A stretch of 24,664 nucleotides of DNA from Bacillota bacterium (GTDB taxonomy: Bacteria; Bacillota; Clostridia; UBA1381): positions 1 through 24,664 of the forward strand of contig JAJPXA010000211.1 in assembly GCA_021205715.1 (NCBI GenBank). Reading direction: 5' to 3'. Both the position numbers and the translations under genes were made by a program. A model generated the notes under the pieces. That model worked only from the letters and a program-made list of their open reading frames with translations, made no database searches and had not been told where the DNA came from. Shown here one piece after another: positions 16,465 through 24,664 of this stretch (positions within the stretch are counted from its first letter, which is position 1; every line of letters begins with the position of its first letter).

Positions 16465-19078
16465 TTTATCGGGCGAATGGAGATACGAAACCGACGAAAA
16501 TAATGTCGGAATCCGCGAAAAATTTTATCAAAGGGATTTGAAAAACGGCGGCTTTTCGCTTCCCGGCTCGACCTGCGATAATAAGATAGGAGAACGTTGT
16601 AAGGCGTTCTCCTATCTTTCGCGCGAGTCGGTGCGCTCGCTTGTTCCGAAGTACAATTATATTGGCGCGCTTTGGCTTGAACGCGAAATCGAAACGGAGG
16701 ATTTAACGGGCAAAAGTGTAAAGCTGTTTTTGGAGCGCGTTAATATCGCGTCGCGGCTTTGGATTGACGGCAAGAGCGTGGGACGCGAAATAATTGAGCT
16801 TTCCGCGCCGCATATTTACGACCTTTCAGGCGTACTGACCGCGGGACGTCACCGCATTACGCTCCGTATTGACAATTCAAATTTGCTTAACATCGACGGT
16901 ATGGCAAGCGGCTACAGTGCCGACACTCAATCGATATGGCTCGGAATTATAGGACGCATAGAGCTTTGGGAGGAGAATGTGTTTAATATTGCCTCTGTCC
17001 GTCTGTATCCGGACGTCAAATCGGTTTTTGCCGAGATTACCTTAGATTCCGACTGCAAAAAGCCCGATGACAGGCGGGCGGCAAAGCTTACATTGGATGT
17101 AACCGCGCCGAACGGCGAGCGCTTAAAGCCCGTAAAGCACAGCGCGGTGCTTTATAACCGCAGGCAGGTTGAGCGCGTCGAATACCCCATGGGCAAGAAC
17201 ATAGAATATTGGGACGAGTTCAATCCCGCGCTCTACACTATGAAGGTGACCTATGAATGCGGCGGCGTGACGGATGTTAAAAGCGAAATTTTCGGTATGC
17301 GCACCGTTGAGGTCAAGGGCAAGGAGTTTATATTAAACGGTCATCCGATTTCCTTGCGCGGCACTGTCGACTGCGCGATTTATCCCGATACCGGCTATCC
17401 GCCGACGGATTTGAATGAATGGCTTACGGTTATGCGCCGAGTTAAGGAATACGGCTTAAATCACATTCGCTTTCACGCGTGGTGTCCGCCGAATAACGCG
17501 TTTTTGGCTGCGGATATAACAGGTGTTTACGTGCTTGCGGAAATGCCCCTGTGGCTTAACGAGGACGTGTGCGCCCTGGACACGGGAAGCGACCCTATAC
17601 ACCGCGCGTATTATACCGCCGAAGCGCTCAACATTTCGCGCGCCTACGGCAATCACCCGTCGTTTATTATGTTCTCTAACGGCAACGAGCTTCTGGGCGA
17701 TTTTGAAATGCTTGAGGATATTACAACGCAGATAAAGGCGGTCGACGATAGGCGGTTATACACGCTGACGTCAAATTTTGACCACCCGCTCTCACCCTGC
17801 GAGGACTATTTGTGCGCGTTCGAGACATACGGTCACCGCGTGCGGCTTCAGGTGTTCCACGACGTGGTTTCGGAGCATACGAAAATCACATACGACGACG
17901 CCGTTGCCGACACTCCCGCGCCCGTTGTGTCGTTTGAGGTCGGTCAATACTGCGTTTATCCCGATGTCGACGGCGCGAATGATTACACGGGCAATCTCGT
18001 GCCGCTGAATTTTGACGTTATAAAGCGCTCTATGGTTGAAAAGGGCGTGTATCACAAGCTGAAAAAATACGTCCGCGCGTCCGGAAAATTCGCCGCACTT
18101 ATGTATAAGGAGGATATCGAGGCGGCGCTCAGAACGCGTAAAATGGGCGGCTTTGAACTGCTGTCCCTGACCGATTACACAGGTCAGGGCACCGCGACGA
18201 TAGGTCTTTTGGACGCGTTCGGAAAAAGCAAGGGCATTATATCACCCGACGAGTTCAGGCGTTTCTGCTCGCCGACAGTGCCGCTTTTTATGGCGAAGCG
18301 AATATTTAAAAACACCGAAAAGCTCAAAGCGGAATTTGACATATACAACTACAGTCCGACAAAAATTTTGCATCCGGAGTACAAATTCACGCTTTACGAC
18401 GGCACAAGCGTCGTATATGAAACCGTCACAAAGCGTCCGAAAATATCGATACCGCTTGATTTTATAACGAAGCCGTCGCAGCTTACGGCAACTCTTGAGG
18501 TCGGTATGTATAAAAATTCGTGGACAATCTTTGTCTACACCGGCGAAAAAGAAAAAATAAACGTGCCGATTTTGAAAAAGAAAAAGGATATTTTAAACAT
18601 TATCGAAAACGGCGGAAGGGCAGTTGTTCAAATGACGGCGGACAATTTGGCGGCGCCGATAGACGGTTTGTTTAAGCCTGTGTTTTGGTCGCCCGCGTAT
18701 TTTCCGTCAAAACGCGCCTGCGGTCTGATAATCGACAATGCGCACCCGCTGTTCGAGCGTTTCCCCACAGCGGACACGGCGGATTTTCAATGGAAGCATC
18801 CGATTGACAATTCCGTCGGCTGTGATATTTCGGCATTGCCCAAGGATTTCGAGCCGATAATCGAGCCGGTGCCGAATTTCTTCGACAACACGCCGCGCTC
18901 GCCATTATTTGAAGCGCGCGTAGGACGCGCCGACCTGCTTTTCAGCGGATTTGATTTATCCGCTAAGGATACCGCGTCCGCAGCGCTCACGTCGGCAATG
19001 GCAAAATATGTAAACAGTGGTAGCTTCACTCCCTCGCAGACGCTCGATGCGGCTGTGGTTATAGGGCTGTTTAAGTAA
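16451..19078 (+). CDS. GH2 glycoside hydrolase, cytoplasmic (875 aa)
   Basis: LSGEW, FGMRTV...FILNG..I.LRG, GLNHIRFHAWCPP, GNHPSF.M...GNEL (acid/base), FEVGQ (candidate nucleophile); SD GAGGTG; 14-bp overlap with upstream gene. Confidence 0.88.
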   Translation: MKVTDLSGEWRYETDENNVGIREKFYQRDLKNGGFSLPGSTCDNKIGERCKAFSYLSRESVRSLVPKYNYIGALWLEREIETEDLTGKSVKLFLERVNIASRLWIDGKSVGREIIELSAPHIYDLSGVLTAGRHRITLRIDNSNLLNIDGMASGYSADTQSIWLGIIGRIELWEENVFNIASVRLYPDVKSVFAEITLDSDCKKPDDRRAAKLTLDVTAPNGERLKPVKHSAVLYNRRQVERVEYPMGKNIEYWDEFNPALYTMKVTYECGGVTDVKSEIFGMRTVEVKGKEFILNGHPISLRGTVDCAIYPDTGYPPTDLNEWLTVMRRVKEYGLNHIRFHAWCPPNNAFLAADITGVYVLAEMPLWLNEDVCALDTGSDPIHRAYYTAEALNISRAYGNHPSFIMFSNGNELLGDFEMLEDITTQIKAVDDRRLYTLTSNFDHPLSPCEDYLCAFETYGHRVRLQVFHDVVSEHTKITYDDAVADTPAPVVSFEVGQYCVYPDVDGANDYTGNLVPLNFDVIKRSMVEKGVYHKLKKYVRASGKFAALMYKEDIEAALRTRKMGGFELLSLTDYTGQGTATIGLLDAFGKSKGIISPDEFRRFCSPTVPLFMAKRIFKNTEKLKAEFDIYNYSPTKILHPEYKFTLYDGTSVVYETVTKRPKISIPLDFITKPSQLTATLEVGMYKNSWTIFVYTGEKEKINVPILKKKKDILNIIENGGRAVVQMTADNLAAPIDGLFKPVFWSPAYFPSKRACGLIIDNAHPLFERFPTADTADFQWKHPIDNSVGCDISALPKDFEPIIEPVPNFFDNTPRSPLFEARVGRADLLFSGFDLSAKDTASAALTSAMAKYVNSGSFTPSQTLDAAVVIGLFK

Positions 19079-19105
19079 TTCCGCAAACAGTAAAATCAAT
19101 ACGCG

Positions 19106-19138
19106 AAACCCCTCGGCAGTATACCTGCCGAGGGGTTT
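19106..19138. terminator. Bidirectional terminator between GH2 and pyrD
   Basis: 14-bp perfect stem AAACCCCTCGGCAG / CTGCCGAGGGGTTT, loop TATAC, between convergent genes. Confidence 0.85.
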
Positions 19139-19159
19139 TAAAATCGTAAATATTCAGAC

Positions 19160-20068
19160 TTAATTCATCTCAACCTTGCCCACTATATCCGAAAGCGTGT
19201 CAATGCCGTATTTTTCGCAATACGCCTCGATGTCGCGCTTTACCTCGATAATCAAGTCGGGTTTTATAAACATACCCGTTCCGAGCGCCGTAAGCGACGC
19301 TCCGGCGAGCATAAATTCTATCACGTCCGCGCCGCTCATTATGCCGCCCATACCGATAATGGGTATATCCACCGCGTTATGCACCTGGTACACCATTCTC
19401 ACCGCCACAGGCTTTACCGCAGGGCCGGAAAGTCCGCCCATATTGTTCGCCAAAATCGGACGTCTTGTGTTAATGTCTATTTTCATTCCCAAAAGCGTGT
19501 TTATCAAGGACAGCGCGTCCGCGCCGCCGCGCTCGGCGGCGATAGCTATATCCGTAATCGATGTGACGTTCGGCGAGAGCTTTACGACGAGCGGCTTTTT
19601 TGAAACCGCCTTTACCTCGCGGGTTAACTCATAAACCGTGTTGGGGTCAGTTCCGAACGCCAAACCGCCGTGCTTTACGTTCGGGCAGGAAATATTCATC
19701 TCAATCATCGCCGCGTCGGTTTTTGATATAATCTCCGCCATTTCACAGTATTCCTCGATTGTGTTGCCAGACATATTTACTATCACGTTTGTGTCGTATT
19801 TCGCAAGCCGCGGCATAATCTCGTTCGAGAACACCTCGACCCCGGGATTTTGCAGTCCGACGCTGTTTAATATTCCGCTCGGCGTTTCCGCGATTCTCGG
19901 CGGCTTGTTGCCCTCACGCGGCTGTCTTGTTATGCCCTTTGAGCCGATACCGCCGTATTCCTCAAGCGCGGCGTATTCGCCGTATTCCTCGCCGAAGCCG
20001 AATGTTCCCGACGCGGTCACGATAGGATTTTTAAACTCCACACCGCAAAAGGTTGTCTTAAAATTCAT
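19160..20068 (-). CDS. pyrD: Dihydroorotate dehydrogenase B, catalytic subunit
   Basis: TASGTFG, GNKPPRIAET, NSVGLQNPG, NISCPNV (catalytic Cys), KLSPNV, INTLLG, GGLSGPAVKP; ATG overlaps pyrK stop (TGATG). Confidence 0.96.
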   Translation of the reverse strand: MNFKTTFCGVEFKNPIVTASGTFGFGEEYGEYAALEEYGGIGSKGITRQPREGNKPPRIAETPSGILNSVGLQNPGVEVFSNEIMPRLAKYDTNVIVNMSGNTIEEYCEMAEIISKTDAAMIEMNISCPNVKHGGLAFGTDPNTVYELTREVKAVSKKPLVVKLSPNVTSITDIAIAAERGGADALSLINTLLGMKIDINTRRPILANNMGGLSGPAVKPVAVRMVYQVHNAVDIPIIGMGGIMSGADVIEFMLAGASLTALGTGMFIKPDLIIEVKRDIEAYCEKYGIDTLSDIVGKVEMN

Positions 20069-20832
20069 CACAGCTTCACCACCTTTGAATTAAACACGGG
20101 GCCGTTTTTGCATACCCGCATATATTTGTCCGTGCCCTCGAATATCGTTTCGCACGAGCATACCAAGCACGCGCCTATGCCGCATCCCATACGCTGTTCA
20201 AGCGAAAGCTGGCACTCTATTCCCGCGCCTTCGGCGATTTGCTTTACCGCCTTCAGCATAGGTGTGGGGCCGCAGGAGAATATAACGTCGCATGGGTTGG
20301 ATTTTATATATTCCTCCATTGCCGATGCGATATATCCTCTGTAGCCGTAGCTTCCGTCGTCTGTGCCTACCTCGCAGGAGGCGGATACGGCTTTAAACTC
20401 GTCCTCCATAACAACTCTCGACTTGCCGCGGAAGCCCAAGAATACCTTTGCTTTTGCGTCAAGCCGCTTCGCAAGGTTCAAAAGCGGGAAAACGCCTATT
20501 CCGCCGCCGATTATAACCGGAGCGGTATACGCTTTATCAAGGTCAAATCCGTGACCCAAAGGCCCCAAAATGTCGATTTTATCTCCGACCTCGGCTTTGG
20601 CAAGCTCCGCCGTGCCCTCGCCCTTAACCTCAAATATAAATCTTACCGTATCGCCGTAAACATCGCAAACGCTTATCGGACGGCGCAGAAGCGTGCCGCC
20701 GCCGCAGGCGATATGCAAAAATTGTCCGCAATGTGTTTCGGACGCGATTTTCGGACTGCTTACCCGAAAGTCGAAAATCCCATCGGCTATTTCCGTCTTT
20801 GCGGTAAGAGTGCATAATTCGGTTTTTTTCAT
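20068..20832 (-). CDS. pyrK: Dihydroorotate dehydrogenase electron-transfer subunit
   Basis: LRRPIS, GPLGHGF, GGGIG, CGPTPML, LEQRMGCGIGACLVC...RVCKNGPVF 2Fe-2S motif. Confidence 0.96.
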   Translation of the reverse strand: MKKTELCTLTAKTEIADGIFDFRVSSPKIASETHCGQFLHIACGGGTLLRRPISVCDVYGDTVRFIFEVKGEGTAELAKAEVGDKIDILGPLGHGFDLDKAYTAPVIIGGGIGVFPLLNLAKRLDAKAKVFLGFRGKSRVVMEDEFKAVSASCEVGTDDGSYGYRGYIASAMEEYIKSNPCDVIFSCGPTPMLKAVKQIAEGAGIECQLSLEQRMGCGIGACLVCSCETIFEGTDKYMRVCKNGPVFNSKVVKL

Positions 20833-20864
20833 ATATTACCAATCCTTTCGATGATTAACTCAAA

Positions 20865-21779
20865 TCAGAGAACGCCGACAATATCCGCTTTCATTCTCAA
20901 AGCCTCGGCTCTTGCCGCCTCGGCATACTGCTCGTCCTTCCAATCGCCTTTTTTGTAGGCACACATAATGCCGCGCGACGAATTTACAATCGCGCCCAAT
21001 CCGTCCTCGTTAAAGCACGGCAGAACACCCTGCGCACCGCCGCCCTGCGCGCCGTAGCCGGGAACAAGGAAATATGATTTCGGCATAAGCTTTCTTAAAA
21101 CCGCCGCCTGCTCGGGATATGTAGCGCCGACCACCGCGCCGACCGCGCCGTAGCCGCTCTCGCCGATTGTACCCGCGTTCCATTCGTTCACACGTTCCGC
21201 GACCGTTTCAAATATGGCTCTGCCCCCCGCCTTTAAGTCCTGAAGCTCGCCCGAGGATGGATTTGAGGTCTTAACAAGCGTGAATATAGCCTTGTCATAC
21301 TTTTTGCAGTCCGCTACAAACGGCGCGACGCCGTCCGTTCCCAAATACGGGTTTACCGTGACGCTGTCGACGTCGCAGGGCGAAACCTCGTCCCCGTCAA
21401 TATCGACCTTGCCCAAATACGCCTTTGAATACGCCTCGGCGGTCGAGCCTATATCGTTGCGCTTTACGTCAAGAATCACATACAAGCCGCGCTCCTTGGC
21501 ATAGCTTATCGTTTTATGAAGCGCTCTCTCGCCCTCAAGTCCGTACATCTCGTAGAACGCGGACTGCGGCTTTACCGCCGGCACAATATCGTAAAGCGCA
21601 TCAATCAAACCCTTATTGAACATTATTATCGCCTCAGCCGCACCGCGCAGATTTTTGCCGTACTCATTAAACGCTTTTTCTTTTATATAACCGGGCACAT
21701 ACTCGAGCTTAGGGTCAAGTCCCGCCACCGACGGGTTGCCCTTTTCCTTTATTCTCTTAACCAACAAATCAACCGACAT
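20865..21779 (-). CDS. pyrF: Orotidine-5'-phosphate decarboxylase (long, subfamily-2 type)
   Basis: GLDP, KPQSAFYE, DVKRNDIGST, TVNPYLG, VKTSNPSS, VVGAT, LVPGYGAQG, NSSRGI. Confidence 0.95.
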   Translation of the reverse strand: MSVDLLVKRIKEKGNPSVAGLDPKLEYVPGYIKEKAFNEYGKNLRGAAEAIIMFNKGLIDALYDIVPAVKPQSAFYEMYGLEGERALHKTISYAKERGLYVILDVKRNDIGSTAEAYSKAYLGKVDIDGDEVSPCDVDSVTVNPYLGTDGVAPFVADCKKYDKAIFTLVKTSNPSSGELQDLKAGGRAIFETVAERVNEWNAGTIGESGYGAVGAVVGATYPEQAAVLRKLMPKSYFLVPGYGAQGGGAQGVLPCFNEDGLGAIVNSSRGIMCAYKKGDWKDEQYAEAARAEALRMKADIVGVL

Positions 21780-23072
21780 TTACATTTCCTCCAAATTTCC
21801 TTTATTTACAACAATTTTTCCGCCCACAATAACATATTCGGGCTTGCCCTTTACCTTAAATCCGTCAAAGGGTGTGTTGTGTCCCTTTGATCTAAACTCA
21901 TCCGCGCGTATCGTGTGTTCCTTTTCAAGGTCGAGAACCGCTATATCCGCGTCCGCGCCGACACCGAGCGTTCCCTTATCTATGCCGAGTATTTTCGCGG
22001 GATTTAACGCTGTGAGCTTTACAAAATCCGACATTGAAACGCCGCCGCGTCCGACCAAATAATCGAGCGTTACGGGAATTGACGTTTCAAGCGACGACAT
22101 ACCGCTCGCGGCGGCGGCAAATTCACAACGCTTTTCATCGGCGTGATACGGCATATGGCTCGACGCCACCGCGTCTATCGTGCCGTCCGCAAGTCCCGCT
22201 TTTATCGCCTCAACATCGCTTTTAGCGCGGAGCGGCGGATTTAATTTCGCGTTCGTGTCAAAGCCGTCAACCGCATCCTCTGTAAGCGCGAAATACTGCG
22301 GCGCGGTATCACAGGTTACCTTTATGCCGTCCGCTTTCGCGCGGCGCACAATTTCCACAGTTCCCGCTGTGCTTATATGCGTCAGATGAATTTTGCATCC
22401 GAGCGCTTTCGCGATAAGTATGTTTCTCGCCGCGTGTATTTCCTCGGCGGCGGCGTTTATGCCGCGCAAACCCAGCCTTGCCGACACTGTTCCCTCGTTC
22501 ATGTATCCGCCGTCGGAGAAATCCTTGTCCTCGCAATGGACTATAACCGGCATATCGAACATTGACGAATATTGCAAAGCCTTTCGGAGAAATGACGGAC
22601 TTTCCACACTTTTTATGCCCTCAGACAGAGCGACAGCGCCGTTTTCCTTTAGGTCGCCGACCTCGGTAAGCTCCTTGCCGCAAAGCCCTTTCGAGAGTGC
22701 CGCGATAGGATATACATTCGCGTATCCGCGCTCCTTGGCGACGCTTATTATAAATCTCACGACCGCCGCACTGTCGCATACGGGCGATGTGCCGGGCATA
22801 GCCGCGACGGACGTTATACCGCCCGCGGCAGCCGCCTTTGTTCCCGATGCTATGTCCTCGCGGTATTCAAGTCCCGGCTCGCAAAGCGCCGCGTTCATAT
22901 CCACCGCGCCCGGAACGACGTACATCCCGTCCGCGTTTATAACGCTCTCGCAGACCTCGTCTATATTTTCCGCGACCGCCGCGATTTTGCCGTCCCGAAT
23001 TAAAATATCGGCGGTTTTATCGACATTGTTTGACGGGTCGACAACATGACCGCCTTTAATTAAAATCTTCAT
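21780..23072 (-). CDS. pyrC: Dihydroorotase-like protein lacking catalytic residues (probable PyrC' pseudoenzyme, 430 aa)
   Basis: Full type-I DHOase scaffold (IKGGHVVDP, AAAAGGIT, HCED, HIST, KLNPPLR, NPAK, DADI, S..HNTPF.G), but DMHVHLRE reads DMNAALCE and ATDHAPH reads ASSHMPY. Confidence 0.9.
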   Translation of the reverse strand: MKILIKGGHVVDPSNNVDKTADILIRDGKIAAVAENIDEVCESVINADGMYVVPGAVDMNAALCEPGLEYREDIASGTKAAAAGGITSVAAMPGTSPVCDSAAVVRFIISVAKERGYANVYPIAALSKGLCGKELTEVGDLKENGAVALSEGIKSVESPSFLRKALQYSSMFDMPVIVHCEDKDFSDGGYMNEGTVSARLGLRGINAAAEEIHAARNILIAKALGCKIHLTHISTAGTVEIVRRAKADGIKVTCDTAPQYFALTEDAVDGFDTNAKLNPPLRAKSDVEAIKAGLADGTIDAVASSHMPYHADEKRCEFAAAASGMSSLETSIPVTLDYLVGRGGVSMSDFVKLTALNPAKILGIDKGTLGVGADADIAVLDLEKEHTIRADEFRSKGHNTPFDGFKVKGKPEYVIVGGKIVVNKGNLEEM

Positions 23073-23098
23073 ATCTTCACGTACTTTCCTTTAAATTT

Positions 23099-24022
23099 TT
23101 AAAATCCTCCGCGCGAGAGAAGATACATAACCGCCATTCTCACCGCAACGCCGGACGTTACCTGCTCGTTTATAACGCTCTGCGCGCCGTCTATAACTGC
23201 CGACGACAGCTCCACTCCCCTGTTCACAGGGCCCGGGTGCATCAAAAGCGCGTTCGGCTTCGCAAGTTTCAGCCGTCTTTCGTCTATGCCGAAATACTTG
23301 TGATATTCCCTGACGCTCGGGAAAAGTCCGCTCGCCTGACGCTCAAGCTGGATTCGAAGTCCCATAACAACGTCCGCACCCTTTACAGCCTCGTCAACGT
23401 CGGTGTAAACTTCGACGCCCATATCCTCGATATGAAGTGGCATAAGCGTTGACGGCCCCGCGACCGCAACACTCGCGCCCATCGTCTTTAAGCCGTAAAT
23501 ATTCGAACGCACAACGCGGCTGTGGTATACATCGCCTACGATTGCCACGCGCAGACCGTTGAAATTTTCAAAACTCCCGATATGCTCGTACATCGTGAGC
23601 ATATCCAAAAGCGCCTGCGTCGGATGCTCATTCATACCGTCGCCCGCGTTTATGACCGACGCGTTTATCAACGGCGCGATAACGCGCGGCGCGCCGCTCA
23701 TACTGTGGCGCATTATCAGAATATCCGTACCCATAGCGTTAATCGTTTCGGCGGTGTCGATAAGCGTTTCGCCCTTTTGCACCGACGAGCCGGACGCGGT
23801 AATATTCGCCGCGCTCGCGCCCATATACTTCGACGCAAGCTCGAATGACATTCTGGTTCTTGTGCTGTTTTCGTAAAACAGCGTTACCACGGTTTTGCCC
23901 TGCAAATGCGGCGTTTTTTTGTTCGCCTGCTCCACGATAATTTTCATCGTTTTCGCCGTGTCCAAAATGTTTTCCAGTTTTTCTCTGCTCAGTCCTCTAA
24001 GCCCCAGCAAATCCTCTTTCAT
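23099..24022 (-). CDS. pyrB: Aspartate carbamoyltransferase catalytic subunit (307 aa)
   Basis: FYENSTRTR, KGETL.DT, NAGDG.NEHPTQALLD, HSRV, RIQLER, HPGPVNRG intact; ATG 24022 is 7 nt after SD GGAGG. Confidence 0.97.
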   Translation of the reverse strand: MKEDLLGLRGLSREKLENILDTAKTMKIIVEQANKKTPHLQGKTVVTLFYENSTRTRMSFELASKYMGASAANITASGSSVQKGETLIDTAETINAMGTDILIMRHSMSGAPRVIAPLINASVINAGDGMNEHPTQALLDMLTMYEHIGSFENFNGLRVAIVGDVYHSRVVRSNIYGLKTMGASVAVAGPSTLMPLHIEDMGVEVYTDVDEAVKGADVVMGLRIQLERQASGLFPSVREYHKYFGIDERRLKLAKPNALLMHPGPVNRGVELSSAVIDGAQSVINEQVTSGVAVRMAVMYLLSRGGF

Positions 24023-24024
24023 CG

Positions 24025-24576
24025 TCAAACCTCCCTGTCGTGCAAGGTCACCGCGCCGATTTCACCGCCGGACTTTACCTCAACATTTATATATTCGTTC
24101 TCGGACGTGGGCACGTTTCGTCCCACATAGTCCGCCTGTATCGGAAGCTCGCGGTTTCCTCGGTCTATCAAGACCGCAAGCTCGATTTTATCCGGACGCC
24201 CCATATCGAAAAGCTCGTCAATCGCCGCTCTTATCGTGCGTCCCGAAAAGAGAACGTCGTCAACAAGTATTATGTTCTTATTTTCAAGCTGAAAGCCTAT
24301 GTCGTTGCCCATCACAACCGGATGCTGATTGAGCTTCGTCAAATCATCCCTGTAAAACGTTATATCGAGGCTTCCGAGCGGAATATCAGCGCCTTCCGTG
24401 TCCTTGATACAGCGCTTGACCGCCTTTGCCAAATCCACACCCTTTTTCTGTATTCCTATAAGAACCAAATTGCCGGCGCCCTTGTTGCGCTCCGTTATCT
24501 CATACGCGATTCGTCTTACAACTCGGTTTGCCGTTTCCTCGTTCATTAAAATTTTCTTAACCTTACCGATAGGCAT
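24025..24576 (-). CDS. pyrR: PyrR-family uracil phosphoribosyltransferase/regulator, divergent in RNA-binding residues (183 aa)
   Basis: ERNKG, DITFYRDD, PRPP motif ILVDDVLFSGRT, GRP, DRGNRELPIQADYVG; ATG 24576 after AGGGAG. Confidence 0.93.
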   Translation of the reverse strand: MPIGKVKKILMNEETANRVVRRIAYEITERNKGAGNLVLIGIQKKGVDLAKAVKRCIKDTEGADIPLGSLDITFYRDDLTKLNQHPVVMGNDIGFQLENKNIILVDDVLFSGRTIRAAIDELFDMGRPDKIELAVLIDRGNRELPIQADYVGRNVPTSENEYINVEVKSGGEIGAVTLHDREV

Positions 24577-24631
24577 TATATCAACTCCCTGCGTCAATGT
24601 AATTTGTGTAATTTTTCCTCTGCCGCTATTT

Positions 24632-24660
24632 ATTATATAACAAATTTTTATCTTTGTCTA
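24632..24660 (-). promoter_or_regulatory. Sigma-A promoter of pyr operon
   Basis: TAGACA (24660-24655), 17 bp, TATAAT (24637-24632). Confidence 0.7.
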
Positions 24661-24664
24661 TCAT

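Noticed and set aside
22393-23049. 218-aa + strand ORF opposite pyrC', considered as a possible constraint explaining the PyrC substitutions
   Set aside because: Typical antisense-frame composition, no motifs, and it does not cover the ASSHMPY change.
21780-23072. Calling pyrC a decaying pseudogene
   Set aside because: No stops or frameshifts, full length, scaffold motifs preserved, and changes concentrated at active-site positions, which fits a pseudoenzyme better.
24572-24597. TTGACG...TATAAT in front of pyrR, and the ORF-track TTG start at 24597
   Set aside because: The boxes are only 11 bp apart and overlap the SD and ATG, so not a valid promoter; ATG 24576 has the proper SD.
1-24664. 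CRISPR arrays, tRNA/rRNA, IS/prophage or defence genes
   Set aside because: No regularly spaced repeats, RNA-gene signatures, transposase, integrase or phage motifs seen; nearly all sequence is explained by the listed CDSs.

Overview
Chromosomal, phage- and IS-free window from a Clostridia-like Firmicute; SLH-anchored pectin esterase and consensus sigma-A promoters support this, and a Monoglobus-like pectin degrader is only an inference. Gene order: tal (partial) -><- csoR <- copA (CsoR operator, perfect promoter) | rnj -><- CpXC protein <- YnbB/Met-gamma-lyase-like <- flavodoxin <- unlisted 34-aa membrane peptide <- SLH-only protein <- CE12 rhamnogalacturonan acetylesterase-SLH <- TM/leucine-zipper protein <- GH13 <- AraC | DUF5107-TPR (YphG-like) -> GH2 -><- pyrD <- pyrK <- pyrF <- pyrC-like <- pyrB <- pyrR. 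Main findings: (1) the 'dihydroorotase' is intact and full length but lacks most catalytic residues, so it looks like a PyrC' pseudoenzyme in a Pseudomonas-style pyrR-pyrB-pyrC' triad; (2) its PyrR has changed known RNA-binding residues and the operon shows no attenuator; (3) copA has an internal SD plus in-frame ATG that could produce a separate 69-aa CopZ; (4) an AraC-controlled DUF5107-TPR/GH2 module of unknown sugar chemistry; (5) a small membrane protein missing from the ORF track. No CRISPR, rRNA, tRNA or mobile element was seen. Family assignments come from recalled motifs, not database searches.
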